A stretch of 64,000 nucleotides of DNA from Octopus sinensis (GCF_006345805.1 NC_043001.1:9734001-9798000), one strand, 5' to 3'. Shown: positions 1-13,988, numbered from the stretch's first letter. The notes: generated from the letters alone by a model not told the origin. Made by a program: numbers and translations.

Positions 1-287
1 CTTTCCATGCTAGCATGGGTTGGATGGTTCGACTGGGGTCTGGGAAGCCAGGAGGCTGCGCCAGGCTCCAGTCTGATCTGACAGTGTTTCTACAGCTGGA
101 TGCCCTTCCTAACGCCAACCACTCCATAAGTGTAGTGGGTGCTTTTTACGTGCCAGGGAAGGCTGGCAACAGCCACGATCGGTTGGTGCTTTTTACGTGC
201 CACTGGCACGGAGGCCAGTCGAGGCGGCGCTGGCAATGACACGTTCGGATGGTGCTTTTACTTGCCACTGACACTGGTATCACATCT
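1..287 (-). mobile_element. 3' end of abundant RTE-like LINE/SINE tail with tandem ~55-60 nt subrepeats
   Basis: Reverse complement contains GGTTGGCGTTAGGAAGGGCATCCAGCTGTAGAAAC...CCAACCCATGCTAGCATGGAAAG, which recurs many times in the window; GGTGCTTTTTACGTGCCA-type subrepeats at ~140, ~185 and ~250. RTE assignment is from memory. Confidence 0.7.
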
Positions 288-492
288 ACAGTAAATCAAA
301 ATTCCATACATACTTAATACTCAATTTTATTTATTCATTCCAATTATGATTGTTTACTAATTAAATTCTGTGAGTAAAAATCACCGATTTTTCTCAACAT
401 TTGTTTATTTATTAGCAAAGTCTCATATAAAATAATTTATTGGAATTAAATGGTTTTGATTTACTGTCAGGTAACTTTTGCCCAACCCTGTA
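288..492. mobile_element. Tc1/mariner-type MITE with left end truncated
   Basis: Right end ...GGTAACTTTTGCCCAACCCTG+TA (reverse complement TACAGGGTTGGGCAAAAGT); CAGTAAATCAAAA (289-301) is inverted relative to TTTTGATTTACTG (454-466). Confidence 0.6.
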
Positions 493-780
493 TGTTTATC
501 TTGGTGTGTGTATGTGTATGTTTGTTGTCTGTGTATGTATCCCATATATACATATAAACTGCTTGAGTATACCATATACACTGGTGTCAAGTTGACTCTG
601 TGTCAAGAAGGTCGCAAATATTGCTAAAGCAATAAAGCACGAACTAGACAGAAACGAGTGTCATAGTTGATGGGATTGATTAGAGTTCTTAACGGTAGTG
701 CTCCAGCATGACCACATTTTAATGACTCAAACCAATAAAAGAAATTTATGTGTATGTGTGTATATATATGCATGTATACT

Positions 781-1187
781 CTCTTTATGCTCTCTTACTT
801 GTTTCAGTCATTAGACTGTGGCCATGCTGGAACACCGCCTTTTAGTTAAGCAAATCAACCCCAGGATTTATTCTCTGTATACCTAGCACTTATTCTATTG
901 GTCTCCTTTTGCCAGACTGCTAAGTTATAGGGATGTAAATACACCAGCATCAGTTCTCAAGTGATGTTGGGGGGGGGGGATAAACACACAAACATATACA
1001 TATATATACCCACATACATATATATATATACGATGGGCTTCTTTCAGTTTCCATCTACCAAATCCACTCACAAGGCTTTGGTCGGCCCGAGGCTATAGTA
1101 GAAGACACTTGCCCAAAGTGCCACGCAGTGGGACTGAACCCTGAACCATGTGGTTGGGAGCAAGCTACTTACCGCACAGCCACTCCT
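781..1187 (-). mobile_element. tRNA-derived CORE-type SINE, full length
   Basis: Reverse complement has A-box/B-box head, CORE-like ...TTGGGCAAGTGTCTT, internal (TA/TG)n and a GCGGTGTTCCAGCATGGCC tail; homologous to 8161-8572 and 62101-62527. Confidence 0.85.
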
Positions 1188-1812
1188 TCACATATATATA
1201 TATAGTGTGTGTGTGTGTGCATGCATGCGTGCGTGCACGTGCGCATTCTGCTCAGGCATTCTCCAGATAGGATTTCAATGGAGAAAAGCATTAAATAAAA
1301 ACGCAATAATGGGCTCAGTTACAATGTTTTAGTGTTATGAGTAAATGCGATTTGCACACTTCTGCCAGATCAGTCAGGCTTTCTCTTTACAACAACAATT
1401 TTCCAGATAGAATTTATTTCTATGATGCCATTTCATGACGATTTCTCTGGGTTTTGTTTTTTGTTTCCTTATTTTCGTTTTGTCTTTTTTTGTTTTTCTT
1501 TTCTTTTCTTTTCTTATTTTCCCCCATTTTATATATCGAAACACTGCATTAAGATATACGTTTTCAGCTGCACGTGGATGTGCTGGGTTCCACCATTGAT
1601 CATCCGGTATGACTTTTCATGTAAGGGTCTTTTAGATTTCCCTACTTCCTTCCTCCCCTATAAATATGTATTTGGATCCTGCCATGACATTTCTCTCTCT
1701 TTTTGAATGATTGAGGAAACCTTCTCCCGAAACTAACCTCAATCATACTGATAACCAAAGATGCTGCTTTGACTCTGCAGACTCTTGCCAAACTCAAGCA
1801 TTTACCATTTCT

Positions 1813-2262
1813 TTAACCCGTTAGCTTTCACAATACTCTGTCAAATGTAATATTTATTTATATACATTGCGTTGGATTAATCACGCATTATCTCATAGCT
1901 TTGTGATTTCCCTGAGTTGATTGTTTGTTTTTGGAATGAGAAATAGTGTAGGTAGGAAATGCTACGTCTGGTTTGTTTCAACAGAACAGGTAGAATGCTT
2001 TAGCCAGAAACGGCTGGTTTAACCCTTTCATTACCTACCCAGCTAAAACTGGCTCTGTTTCTGAGTACAAATATCTTGTTTTCATAAGTTTTGAATTCAT
2101 ATCTTTCAGCAAACCTTAGTCACAATTTATGTTCCTAACACTAGCTGAATGATAACTGAGTTATTTTACTAAATTCTTTGTTATGTTTAAAATTAATTGA
2201 AAGAAACACATAGCATCTCAACAGAAATACAGTAACAAAAGGGTTAAATGCTGAAGGGTTTA
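1813..2262. mobile_element. piggyBac-type MITE family B, interrupted by a family A MITE
   Basis: Starts TTAA-CCCGTTAGC; after the inserted MITE it resumes ATGCTGAAGGG-TTTA (2248-2262). Confidence 0.65.
2019..2247. mobile_element. piggyBac-type MITE family A (~230 bp)
   Basis: TTAA-CCCTTT...AAAGGG-TTAA termini; same internal sequence recurs about ten times in the window. Confidence 0.9.
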
Positions 2263-2478
2263 CCCTTTTGTTACCAAATTTCTGCTAAAATATATTGTCT
2301 TTTGTTTCAATTAATTTTGAAAATAATGAAGAATTCATTAAAACAGCTTTATCATTAAGATGGTGTTTGGAATAAAAATTAACATTTTGATGGAAGATTT
2401 TAATCAAAATTACTATAAAACAGGGAATGTGTATAATAACAAAATAAAATTTCAGACAGGTTAGTATCAAAATGGTTA
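2259..2478. mobile_element. piggyBac-type MITE variant (family C)
   Basis: TTTA-CCCTTTTGTTACC...GTATCAAAATGG-TTAG; diverged relative of family A; similar pieces at ~18985-19163, ~22420-22618 and ~42040-42225. Confidence 0.6.
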
Positions 2479-3389
2479 GTTTACCTTAGAATTAAATTCA
2501 GATTCTTGACTGTTGCTGTTGACAGATCGTTGATGGAATTTGCATTCATCTTATATTACCTTTCATTTTGTTTGCAACTAAAGCTTACTTTGATAGTATT
2601 TTTTATCGAATACCTTAAAAGCATTTGTGGTTGGTTGGAAAATAGTTCCTGGTTAACTCGACACTTAGAAAATTTCTTACTGCATTTGATACTATTGGTT
2701 CAGTTCAGATGATGTTTCATTTTCTGGGTCTGCTATGTTGCTGCTCACACTTAGATAAGAATTAAATATTCTTCTTAAATCTGCTTCTTTCTGAAGAGTT
2801 TTTACAAAAAACAAAAAAAAAAAAAAAAAACCCTGTAGTTTTGTCAGCTCTATCCCTTCCCAATGATATAATATTCCCCTGCTTATATTACTAATTAAGC
2901 TTTGAACCAACGAAGGAGTTGCTGTGCAATCATTTGGTTGGTTATAAATTGCATGCAGCCATCTCTACTTCAATTTACATCATACTGTTAACGAAAAAAA
3001 ATAAAGAAAATGTGAAAAGAAAAAAAAAAGACACATTGGATACTGTAGTCCCAGATAGACTTTCTGAGATGAGCACAGCTGGAATATTTCTGATTATCAG
3101 TCTGCTTACTGCCAAAATTACAGAAATTTTCTCAGATATTAGGCCCATGGTTGAAGCTCTTAAGCAATGGCTTCTCATTTTCTTGTCAATATTTTTCACT
3201 ATTTTCTGCTGCTTAAGTCTGTTATATTTTGAAAATTAATTATACTTTGATTTATGGTAAGTGAAATGGTAATGGTGTCATTGCATGGTTGAATTCCTTA
3301 AAATGACTGGGCAGTTTGAACAGTTGCGAGAGATTGTTTGAGCTAGCAAGTTAGAGCATCGACAATTAAACAAAATACTTTTACTAACC

Positions 3390-3415
3390 ATCACCATCAT
3401 CATGATCATAACCAC

Positions 3416-3447
<32 letters not shown>

Positions 3448-3529
3448 CATCATCATCATCATCATCATCATCATCATAATCATCATCATCCTCATCATCA
3501 TCATCATCATCATCGCCATCATCATCATC

Positions 3530-3573
<44 letters not shown>

Positions 3574-3575
3574 AG
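3390..3575. repeat. (CAT)n microsatellite
   Basis: Direct inspection. Confidence 0.95.
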
Positions 3576-4789
3576 CCATCGTCTCTCTAAATCTGATACT
3601 TGTTTGCTTTGATAATTTAATAAATAAAAATTGTCAATTAAAAAGTCTTCTGGATCTGTTTAGTATTAAATAGCCATTTGTGTAGTCTGGAATGATGGAC
3701 CACAAGACCATCCATCATCGCTCTCTAATGTTCGGTATCTACAGCATTGATTTTAATGTTTTAATGTATGCAAGCTTATCGGCTGGCATGCCCCTTGTCA
3801 TAGCTACCCATGAGTAATCTCTCATACGCGTACACACACTTAATGATTCACACACAAGGTCCTTCACACATTTCATATATGTCATGCAAATACGTACGCC
3901 AATCTCACAGCTTGTATGTGCGAGAGAGATAAAATTAATATAAACAAGGTAGAGCTATAGAGACGGAAATAGAAAAGAGTGTAAGGTAGAGCAAGCAGTT
4001 CTTTGAGAGTAGGAGGCAGAGCCACCTCTTTATCTTAATTAAGATGAATGCTATATGTTAACAATCCTGAAAAGCTGCATGCTTATCTTTTAAAATTCTT
4101 TGTAAGGCTGAGTGATTTTTATAAATTAAATGAGAATAATTACGTCTCCTTGATGTTAACTGACAATTTTGTGGGTGTGGGGTTGGGGTTGGCAGAATAA
4201 AAATGCGGTTGAAGTGATTGATATCGAGTTGAAATTGAAAATCTGTATTCGACTGACCATATTGCATGAACGATATATTGTTGACTTGGACTTGACAATT
4301 GCTATCTGTAAACTGACAGCAGATTAAATATGCTTAAAATTCAATAAATTGTACTTCATATAATTGCTGTCTACTTTATTTTGAATGTTCAACTTATTTT
4401 TCTTGATGAACATCTTGTTGTTATTCTTATTCTTATTCTTGCTATTGTTGTCTTCGTTATATGTAGTGTTCATTTAGTGATAGTGTTAGGTTAGCGGAAA
4501 TAGTAGCACCGAGACTGGAATTGATTCACATCTTTTGACAATCTGAGTTCAAGCTCACCTCTAGGTTCTTTTGTCTTTTTAATTTCTTTTTATTCATCAT
4601 TCCTTCTCCCTATCTCCAAGTCAATAAACATCAGTCATCATCGCCATTTAACACTTGTCTGCCATACTTCCAAGGGTTGGATGATTCAATAAGACCTGAG
4701 GAGTTGAAGGACTGCATTGAGGTTCTTACTAGGGTTGTTTCCACTCTATAAAGTGGTTAGTATTAGAAAGGGCAAGCAGACATTGGAAC

Positions 4790-5020
4790 TTAACCCTTTC
4801 GATACCAACTCAGCTGAAACCGGCTCTGGCTCTGTAGTATAATTGTCTTGTTTTCATAAGTTTTGAATTCAAATCTTCCACCAAATCTTAGTCACAATTT
4901 ATGTTCCTAACACCAGCTTAATGATAACTAAGTTATTTTACTAAATTCTTTGTTATATTTAAAGTAATTGAAAGAAACACAAAGCATCTCAAAATAAATA
5001 TACAGTAACGAATGGGTTAA
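4790..5020. mobile_element. piggyBac-type MITE family A
   Basis: TTAA-CCCTTTCGATACC...AATGGG-TTAA. Confidence 0.9.
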
Positions 5021-5826
5021 TGCAATCCTTCAACTTGCCAGCTCTTTTGAAACACTAACAGTAAATGATGATGGTGATGTGTCTGTACAGACAACATGAA
5101 GGTATGTTCTTCACTACAATACAAGCTTATCATTTAATATCTTTCTCAGAGAAACTGTGCAGATTGTCTTATTTTCTTTTTGTAAAATAAACTGACTCAA
5201 CTTAGAATGAAATGTTTTACATCAAAATGTAACAATACTTTCAGTTGATTTGAACTCATAATCCATGTAACCAGCAACAGTTTAACTACCCTATACATTC
5301 ACCTGATTTTCTTTAGCATTTCTTTCTACTAATTTAGTCTTTCTACATGAGAATATTTACCATTTCCCTCCTGAGGAATGGTAGAATCTCAGGTATGAAC
5401 AATCGAGAAACTAATCTTTTAAATATACCGAACCACCTGAGCCAAGACAGGTGTAAATTTGCTAAATTTACAGGTTGAGGAGTACTTGATGATTTCTCTG
5501 TTACCTGGGGATTTCATACAATCTGCACACATATTTTTTTTCTCTCTCTCTTTCTCTTTGGAAATACACTCTGAAGCATGCACTTGTAATGCAATATACA
5601 TAAGCAAATGTATGTGCACTTGTGCATACTCACATGCACAGCCATGCTGATAATACACTAAATCTTCACTAAATCTTCTTTTTTTTCCTATCCTTACATA
5701 GGTTAGATCTCAGAGTGGCTCACCTGTTCTATAGTATTTTAAGATAGTCCATATACATAAATATATGTATTCTTACCCATAAATTCATTCGTGTCTTTGT
5801 ACTTATCTGACCATGAAATTAACCCT

Positions 5827-6275
5827 TTAACCCTTTCATTACCATATTTCTGTTGAGATTGCTCTGTGTTTCTTTCAATTAATTTTAAATATAACAAAGA
5901 ATTTAGTAAAATAACTCAGTTATCATTAAGCTAGTGTTTTATATAAATTGTGACTTATGAAAGCAAGACATTTGTACTCAGAGCCAGAGCCGGTTTCAGC
6001 TGGGTTGGTAACGAAAGAATTAAGAATTGTTTCTCTGTTATATATTTTAACCCTTTTGTTACCATATTTCTGTTGAGATGTTCTGTGTTTCTTTCAATTA
6101 CTTTAAATATAACAAAGAATTTAGTAAAATAACTTAGTTATCATTCAGCTAGTGTTAGGAACATAAATTGTGACTAAGGTTTGGTGGAAGATTTTAATTC
6201 AAAACTTATGAAAACAAGACATTTGTACTTCAGACCCAGAGGCAGTTTCAGCTGGGTTGGTATCAAAAGGGTTAA
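5827..6275. mobile_element. Dimer of family A MITEs (5827-6023 and 6047-6275) with 23-nt linker
   Basis: Two TTAA-bounded copies joined by GAATTGTTTCTCTGTTATATATT (6024-6046). Confidence 0.85.
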
Positions 6276-7029
6276 CATTCAAACTGGCCATATCAGATGA
6301 CATTTGCTCAAGATATCACATGGTGGGACTGAACCCAGGACCATGCAGTCGGGAAAGCAGACTTCTTACCACACAGCCATTCTTGCACCTATCTTACCAT
6401 TTTCTTCTTTTCTGTTTTGTTTTAATTCAAAGTGACCAAAATTACAATTTCAATATTGGGTTTAAGGTCAACAATTTTAGAAAAATGGGATTAGCTAATT
6501 TACATTAACCTAGTACTTGACTGCTATTTTTCTTTATCTTATTTTATCGGCCCCTAAGGCGTTTGAACTGTAATGGTAACCTGAAGGATTATGTTTATCT
6601 TCATTACCATGTTAATGAATTGCAAGAAATATCCCGAGGCATTTTTTCAGATGTTCTTATGATTTTGCCATTTGCCATCTTACAACACAATCTTAATTAA
6701 TCTTTTTTTTTTACTAAATTCTTTATTTTGAAAATTAATTAAAACAAAGGCAATATATTCCAGCAAAACCATGGTAACAAAACTTGTGTGTGTGGGTGTT
6801 TTTCTTTGAGAAGAATTACTTCATACTTTTTTGCAGAGTACATGGTTATTATACATTTACAAGAAGCAGGCTGATAGGGACTTTGAAGTTTTTTTCCGTG
6901 CTAGACTTCAGACTGTCCGACAAAGTGTAATGGCTCAAAACTTCAAATTCACTGTCACTCTTCTTCATGTGATAACATTAAATATGCATGCAGTGTGTGT
7001 GTGTGTGCATATGTGTAAAATTTATTACC

Positions 7030-7200
7030 TGTTTTCTGTGCTGGCATGGGTTGGATTGTTTGACAGGAGCTGTTATGGCTGGGGGTGGGTAGGGAGGCAC
7101 ACCTGGCTCCATTGTCTTTTTTAGAGAGGCTTCTACAGCTGGATGCCCTTCCTAATGCCAACCACTCCGAGAGTGTAATGGGTGCTTTTTTACATGACTC
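7030..7200 (-). mobile_element. RTE-like 3' tail copy
   Basis: Contains CTACAGCTGGATGCCCTTCCTAATGCCAACCACTCC; further copies at ~12720-12945, 16245-16415, 40300-40480, 44131-44256 (-) and 26395-26495, 50446-50605, 56360-56612, 60425-60545 (+). Confidence 0.7.
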
Positions 7201-8160
7201 TAACACCAACAGGGTAAAATATGGAACACTTCACAAATTTGCATACCACGTGTGTTTGTGTGTGTGTGTGTGAATTTAGAGAAAAGACTGACTATAGATA
7301 AGATGAAGATTACATAAGATAGTCTTTGATTAAATTGGATTTGACATGTCCGTTCTGATTCTTAATCTTTTGGTTTTTATTCATTTACGTTCGCATAACA
7401 AGATCTGCAAAACCAGGACTGACAGAAGCTACTTACAAACAACAACTAGCATCTCTTAAGATTATAGTCAGAAGAAAAATTCATCTGATTAATAAAACAT
7501 TCCTTAATAAGTGCACGCATAGCATCCTCTAAATAGCCACTTGAAGTGCTAGAAATAACAACCAAATCACACACCCCCAAGTTGCACTTTGTTGTCTTAA
7601 CTATCAAAATTCTAACCAATCTGAGACTGCTTATGCAAAAATGCTTGTGTTTAAATTAAAACCTTGATTGGTAATTAACAACGTAATACTTGTGAGATTT
7701 CAGTTGATCAGCTTCAGCTGGAGCAAGTGTGGCTCTATGGTTGAGAGACTCACTTTGCCTTAAACTTTGTCTGACTTATGCAAACATGGACAAGCAAACA
7801 TCAAAATCACATGTTCACAATAAGCTTCATATAGTTTCCAACAACCACCACCAACAAGGCGTTATCAGTCAACCTGGGGCTAAAGTAGAAGAAACTTGTC
7901 CAGGGTGCCAAGCAGTGGGACTGAACTGGAAACCAAGCATCTACAAAATGAGCCTCTTACCCACACAGCCAAACCTGTGTACATGTATTCACAAATGATC
8001 ACTCCTCCTGCTAGAAATAGCAGCCTAATCTCTTTCAAATCACAATCTTCCATCTTAAGAAATGAACACATTGAACAGTATAATCTTAGTCATTAATCCA
8101 ACTCCTGCCAAAGTGGAAAATAGACATTAAATGATGATGATGATGGTGATGATGATGATA

Positions 8161-8572
8161 CTCTCTTTACTCTTTTACTTGTTTCAGTCATTTGACTGCG
8201 GCCATGCTGGAGCACCGCCTTTAGTTGAGCAAATCGACCCCGGGACTTATTCTTTGTAAGCCCAGTACTTATTCTATCGGTCTCTTTTGCCGAACCGCTA
8301 AGTGACTGGGACGTAAACACACCAGCATCAGTTGTCAAGCAATGCTAGGGGGACAAACACACAAACACACACACATACATACATATATATATATACATAC
8401 ATATATACGACAGGCTTCTTTCAGTTTCCGTCTACCAAATCCACTCACAAGGCATTGGTTGGACTGGGGTTATAGCAGAAGACACTTGCCCAAGATGCCA
8501 CGCAGTGGGACTGAACCCGGAACCATGTGGTTGGTTAGAAAGCTACTTACCACACAGCCACTCCTGCGCCTA
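8161..8572 (-). mobile_element. tRNA-derived CORE-type SINE, full length and well conserved
   Basis: Close match to 62101-62527 in the opposite orientation. Confidence 0.9.
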
Positions 8573-9079
8573 ATGATGATGAAGATTGCTCCCAAAATGC
8601 TTTTGATCACAGGTCTACTCGATAATGGATGACCTAGGGTTAAACAACAACGAAAAACAAATATATAAAAGGAAGGACATATTCAATAATGTTGTTTGCT
8701 ACTTGAAAGAGGAATAAAATTGGAAAGGTCATGGATGGAATTCCTTTTGATCCACCATGTCCACCATTGTTTCTTAATGTAAATCTTCGCAGCAGAATCA
8801 AGGACTATGGCGCTGTTGTCTCTTGTTCTCTCTCTCTCTCTTTACCGATTTTGTTGACAATTTTTGTATTGGACTCTGATCTCTTGCGTTTCTGGTTGCA
8901 TGCCCACCACTGCTGAACTCGTGATGAGTTATCAGCTTCTCACAACACATCTCTTCTTTAACTATTGCCATCACCACCACCATCACCATCACACCACCAC
9001 CACCACCACCACCACCACAGCTATCTCGAACCCCACCCCACCCCCTTTACATTTTGGTTCTTCTTCTTTTTGTTGTCCT

Positions 9080-9090
9080 CCGCCATTTTG
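9080..9090 (-). promoter_or_regulatory. YY1-type motif CAAAATGGCGG overlapping a possible start codon
   Basis: Exact CCGCCATTTTG on +; on - it reads ATG GCG GAG GAC AAC AAA AAG AAG AAG AAC CAA AAT|GTAAAG (MAEDNKKKKNQN, 9086-9051). Confidence 0.25.
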
Positions 9091-11189
9091 CAAATCCTTT
9101 TGATACAACAGGATCCAGCATTGCACTTTCATTATTAAATCCCTCCAGCCTCCCCGTACCCCACCCCCCTGCCTACCCCCTCTTCTCATGTCTTTCTTTG
9201 CTTGTTATGGATCTGAAAGCCCGAAAGCAATGATCTTCATTCTCAGATAATAATAATTTTTAACCAAAAAACAAAAAGAAAACAACACTGGAATTTCATC
9301 TGAATTTTCCTTTCGCTCTCTTTTTTTTTTGTTTTTTTAACTCTAATAATCTAATGACATCAATAAATATTTGTATCTTTTGAACATTTTTCATTGGCCA
9401 TAGTTTAGAATAAAATTTATTTCTATTTATATGTTACCATTATCATTTTTTTTTTATTCAAATTAAAATAAAAAAAAAAATATTAATATTTTTTTTTTTT
9501 TAATTGACAATTTCTATTTATTAAATTATCAAAGCAAACAAGTATCAGATTTAGAGAGAGACGATGGCTATGATGATGGTTAGGATGATGATGGTGATGG
9601 TTAGTAAAAGTATTTTGTTTAATTGTCGATGCTCTAACTTGCTAGCTCAAACAATCTCTCGCAACTATTCAAACTGCCCAGTCATTCATATAACACCAAT
9701 TCTAGCAAAAAAAAAACAACAACAAAAAAAACAAAAAACCCCAAAAGAAACACCAGAACACTGCTTTTGATTTTCAGACATTACATAAATGTGAAGGAAA
9801 AACTTTGGGAGAATGCCATGTTATTCTCTGCTAGATTTGTATAATTTTATGATCATTATCAGATCAAATTATTCAGTAAATTGAGTATTCTTGTCAAAAT
9901 TTAACATATCTAAGATGAGTTATCAGTGCTATTTCACACTTATCATTTCCGAGTATACTCAACTTTCATTGTTTCCGCTACAATGTTTTGACTATAAGAT
10001 AGTGGAATGTATGTATGTGTTTGCGCATATATATATGTGTATATATATATATAGGGGAGAGAGAGAGGTTGAGAGCATCCAATCGTTCTCAGGTACTGCG
10101 CTGTGTTATGATAAACTTCACCGAAACTAACGCATTGTCTGACTGGATAAGAACGCTAATCATAAAGATTCACAGAGTTCATTCTGTAGCTTGGATACCA
10201 TATTTGGGCTGGCACAAAGGGAAAATCAGAGGTCTCATCAATCAAAACATGGTTGGAAGCAATGGAGATGGTTCGATAGTATCAATTGAAAATTTTCTTT
10301 TTCTTCTTCTTCTTCTTCTACTCTTTTCGTTTTCTCTTTAGAAGCTTCAGTGAAATTTCGTTCGTAAGGTCTTCAGTGTTACCTATAGAAAATATTTCTT
10401 GCAACTGAAAGCAGTGAGAGAGAGAGAGAGAGATAGAGGAGAGAGAGGAAGAAGAATCTATTTTGGAAAATAGTTTTCGAAAGAACTAGTCTTGCTAAAT
10501 GCTTTTGTCTGTTCTCTTGGGATACTACATGTAAGCAGTGGCAACACGCTTAGAAAACTTTCAAATGAGAGTTTGTGCCTGATGATGATTGCATAAATAT
10601 TCTAATACAAATATATCTATAAACATTTATGATATCTAACAGAAAATAATTTAATAGTAAGCTTTATAACCAACGGCAGAGACAAAAATATAAAATATAA
10701 TTACCATTGGTCTGGAGTTAAAAGGATTACATTTAGTTTTTTCTATTTAAAAATTTTTTTTCTCCATAACTAGATGATAAATTGTGTAAGCTAGCCAGAC
10801 ATTGGTGCAAAGATGTAATAAATTTAGGACTATTAGAAGCATTTTTCTTTTCTTTTTTGTTAAATTATTCATAATATTAGAAGCAAATAAACATTGGAAC
10901 TGAGCGTCACAAATATCAAAATTTATGCTTGAATTAAACTTTTAAAATAGTCGATAGCAAAGAAGGAAAAAAAATATGAATGAAATATGGGGAAAACAAT
11001 GTTCAGATATTTTTTGAGTTGAAATGAATTCTACTTAATGCTATTGAATGATAAAGTAAATGTAGAAATGTTATTGAATGATATAGTAAATGTTTTGAGA
11101 GTATGAAGCAACAGAATCCCAAATCAAGTGTGTACTTTTGTTAACGCAGTTCTGTACCTCTCTTGCATCTGTCGTCCAAATATATTCCT

Positions 11190-11400
11190 GTTTCTTTGCT
11201 ACCCACAAGGGGCTAAACACAGAGAGGACAAACAAGGACAGACAAACGGATTAAGTCGATTATATTGACCCCAGTGCGTAACTGGTACTTAATTTATCGA
11301 CCCCGAAAGGATGAAAAGCAAAGTCGACCTTGGCGGAATTTGAACTCAGAATGTAACGGCAGACAAAATACGGCTACGCATTTCACCCGGTGTGTGCCAA
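11190..11400 (-). mobile_element. tRNA-like SINE with Meta/MESC-like central domain
   Basis: Reverse complement contains GAGTTCAAATTCCGCC-AAGGTCGACTTTGCTTTTCATCCTTTCGGGGTCGATAAATTAAGTACCAG; the head end is truncated. Confidence 0.8.
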
Positions 11401-13959
11401 GACAGAAATATCTAAACAAATTGCTGGTTTTTTTTGGTTTTTTTGGTGTGGGTTGTCTTTTCTTTTTCTTCTTTCCTTTCATTTTATGTCGAATCAATTG
11501 AGACCATAACTCATTCTATATTTCTACCATCCAAACTCAAAAGAACAAAAAACAAAAAAAAAATACAAAAATGAATAAAAGCCAAAAATTCTCACAAAAC
11601 CACTCAAAATGGAGACTGGTCAACCTATCTTTCAAGAATACTAGCCATACTCATAATTTAAGAGCAAACTCACTTAGAGACATGGTTTGTTGAATAGCTG
11701 TGCAACTATCTGTCTGATCATTCACCCATCTTCAACCTGTGTATGTACATCATCTTAACTCCATTGTTCTATTGATAGAAATCGGAATTATGACACTATA
11801 CAATAATGGTCAAAGATCTGCGTTTTCTAAGTGAATATCAATTGTATTTGATTAGCCTCCTTCTGGGCATACGTGAAGTGAGTCACTGGTCTATAATTTA
11901 ATTTTGAATTAGAAATATTTCCGTTGAAGTAATTTTATGTATACATCTGAAGACATTCAATTTTAATCAGACATTATTGAAATCGTATGAAGTATTGCTC
12001 CTAACCCATCGCTGAATGACAAGATAATTTCTATTGAATCCATAACTGGAAATTTTACCAAGAACCAAAGAAATACCTTTTATGCCTTCTAATTTTTTTT
12101 TTTTTCATGATTTTAATTCATAATTTGTGAATTTTAAAATGACTGTAAAAGGCTACATTTTGATTGAGGTCTCACTAAATGCTTTTAAATGGGGGACAGG
12201 GGGTGGGGTGGGGGCTGTGTTGAAGGTAAACTAAAAATTTTGTTAGCAAGTTGATAGAATTTAATGTTAATTCTTTTTTCCTTTTTCTGGTATGGATCTC
12301 TGGAAGAACTGACTGACACAGGATTCTGTAACATTGGTGCCTTCACTTCTAAGCTTTTGTATGTTGTGTGCCCTTGGCAGGTATTTAATTCAATCCAAGA
12401 ATCCAGTGGGCTCTGGGACCAAATTTCAAAGACAACAATAATTACTGGTAGTTGTAAAGGAGTCCTTGCCTTTATTTCTTTGGATAACATCAAACTCTCT
12501 CTTGAGCCTCTTCATCATCATCACTATCATCATCATCATCATCATCACCATCATAGGTCAATACAGAGTCATTGGCATTTTTGATGTCATAACTTTTGCC
12601 TAGTTATCCATTAATTACCCTAATTACCATGTTCAGTATAGGAAGTATTTCTCTTTTGTCGATTTTGGAATAAGTGTTTTGAGTTTAAGTTCAAAACTTT
12701 AGAATAAGATCATCCTCATTATCATCATTTAACGTCTGTTTTCCCAGCTGGCATGGATTAGACGATTTGACAGGAGCTGGCAAGGCTAGAAAACTGCACA
12801 AGGTTCTATTGTCTGTTTTGGCATGGTTTCTAAAGTTGGATGCCCTTCCTAATGCCAACCACTTGACAGAGTATACTAGATCGTTTTTTTTTTATGTGTC
12901 ACGATCACCATTGCTTTTTACATGGCACCAGCACCAAGTTGTTCCACAAAACAAAACAAAACAAAAAAAAACAAAAACAGAATGGCAAGAAACTCCGGTC
13001 AATGGTTTCATTAGCTTCGGTACTCTCATCCTCTTCTAATCTGATCAAGTAGAGAGGTGTTGCACCAAGGGCCATCTCAAAGACAATCTTGTATTAAGTG
13101 TTAGAGTTGCTATTTATCAGCAGCGGCATTGAAGATTCTCATGACATTTCACAGAATAAGTCAATGTATTTGAATCTGCAAATTCTTACATGTTATTTTG
13201 CGTGTTTTGGGATTATATTTGTCATATAATAATAATAATAATAACAATAATAATAATAATAACGATGATGGTAACAAAAAAAAAAAGAATAATAATGAAA
13301 AGAAAGTAGTGTTACTGTTTGAGAGTTTTGAACATTTTATTGGTTTATTCAGTCACACCATGTGGCTTCTTGGAGGTGAATAATAAATAATATATTCACA
13401 AGAATTTTTTTTCTTTTTTATTTCCGCACAAAGTGGAGGGAAAAAAAATTCAGCATAACAGTAATCTTTATAAATATGTGTGTGATGTATACAAACATAA
13501 GCCTTATGTGTAGAAAACGAAACATTAGTATTTCTTCTTTATATATAAGAAATAAGTATTTTATAGCCAAGGGAGTCTGAGAGTGTCTAAGAAACCAAGG
13601 GTAAACATGTCAGTCTTAAGTAGAACTCCTATAAACTCTGAGAATAATGAAGTTCAGATGCAAAAGAGCGAAATAGAATGAGAAAATTTAGTCGGAAGCA
13701 GGTAGGGGGTGAGTAGTATGAATGTCAGTGTATAATAAACTGGTGGTACATTGTGTGGATATATAGGTGAGGTGAATGTATGAATAGAACCCTGTTAGGC
13801 AGAGGTTGTCACCATAATACCGGAATACCAGTAGAATAGCAGAATATTGAACCACTTCCACAGGGAGCAACAGCACATAGTATAATGCATGTGTCTGTCT
13901 GTGATATGTATGTGTGTGTCTGCTTACACACACACATACGCATATAAATATATATATAT

Positions 13960-13988
13960 ATAATCATTTAATGCCCATTTTCCATGCT

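Noticed and set aside
2488-3257. Exon-like segments with splice signals (minus 2488-2795; plus donor at ~3257)
   Set aside because: Multiple stops in the spliced frames and no recognisable homology.
5042-5101. Possible exon ending ATG AAG|GTATGT
   Set aside because: Only splice-like motifs; no supporting partner exon.
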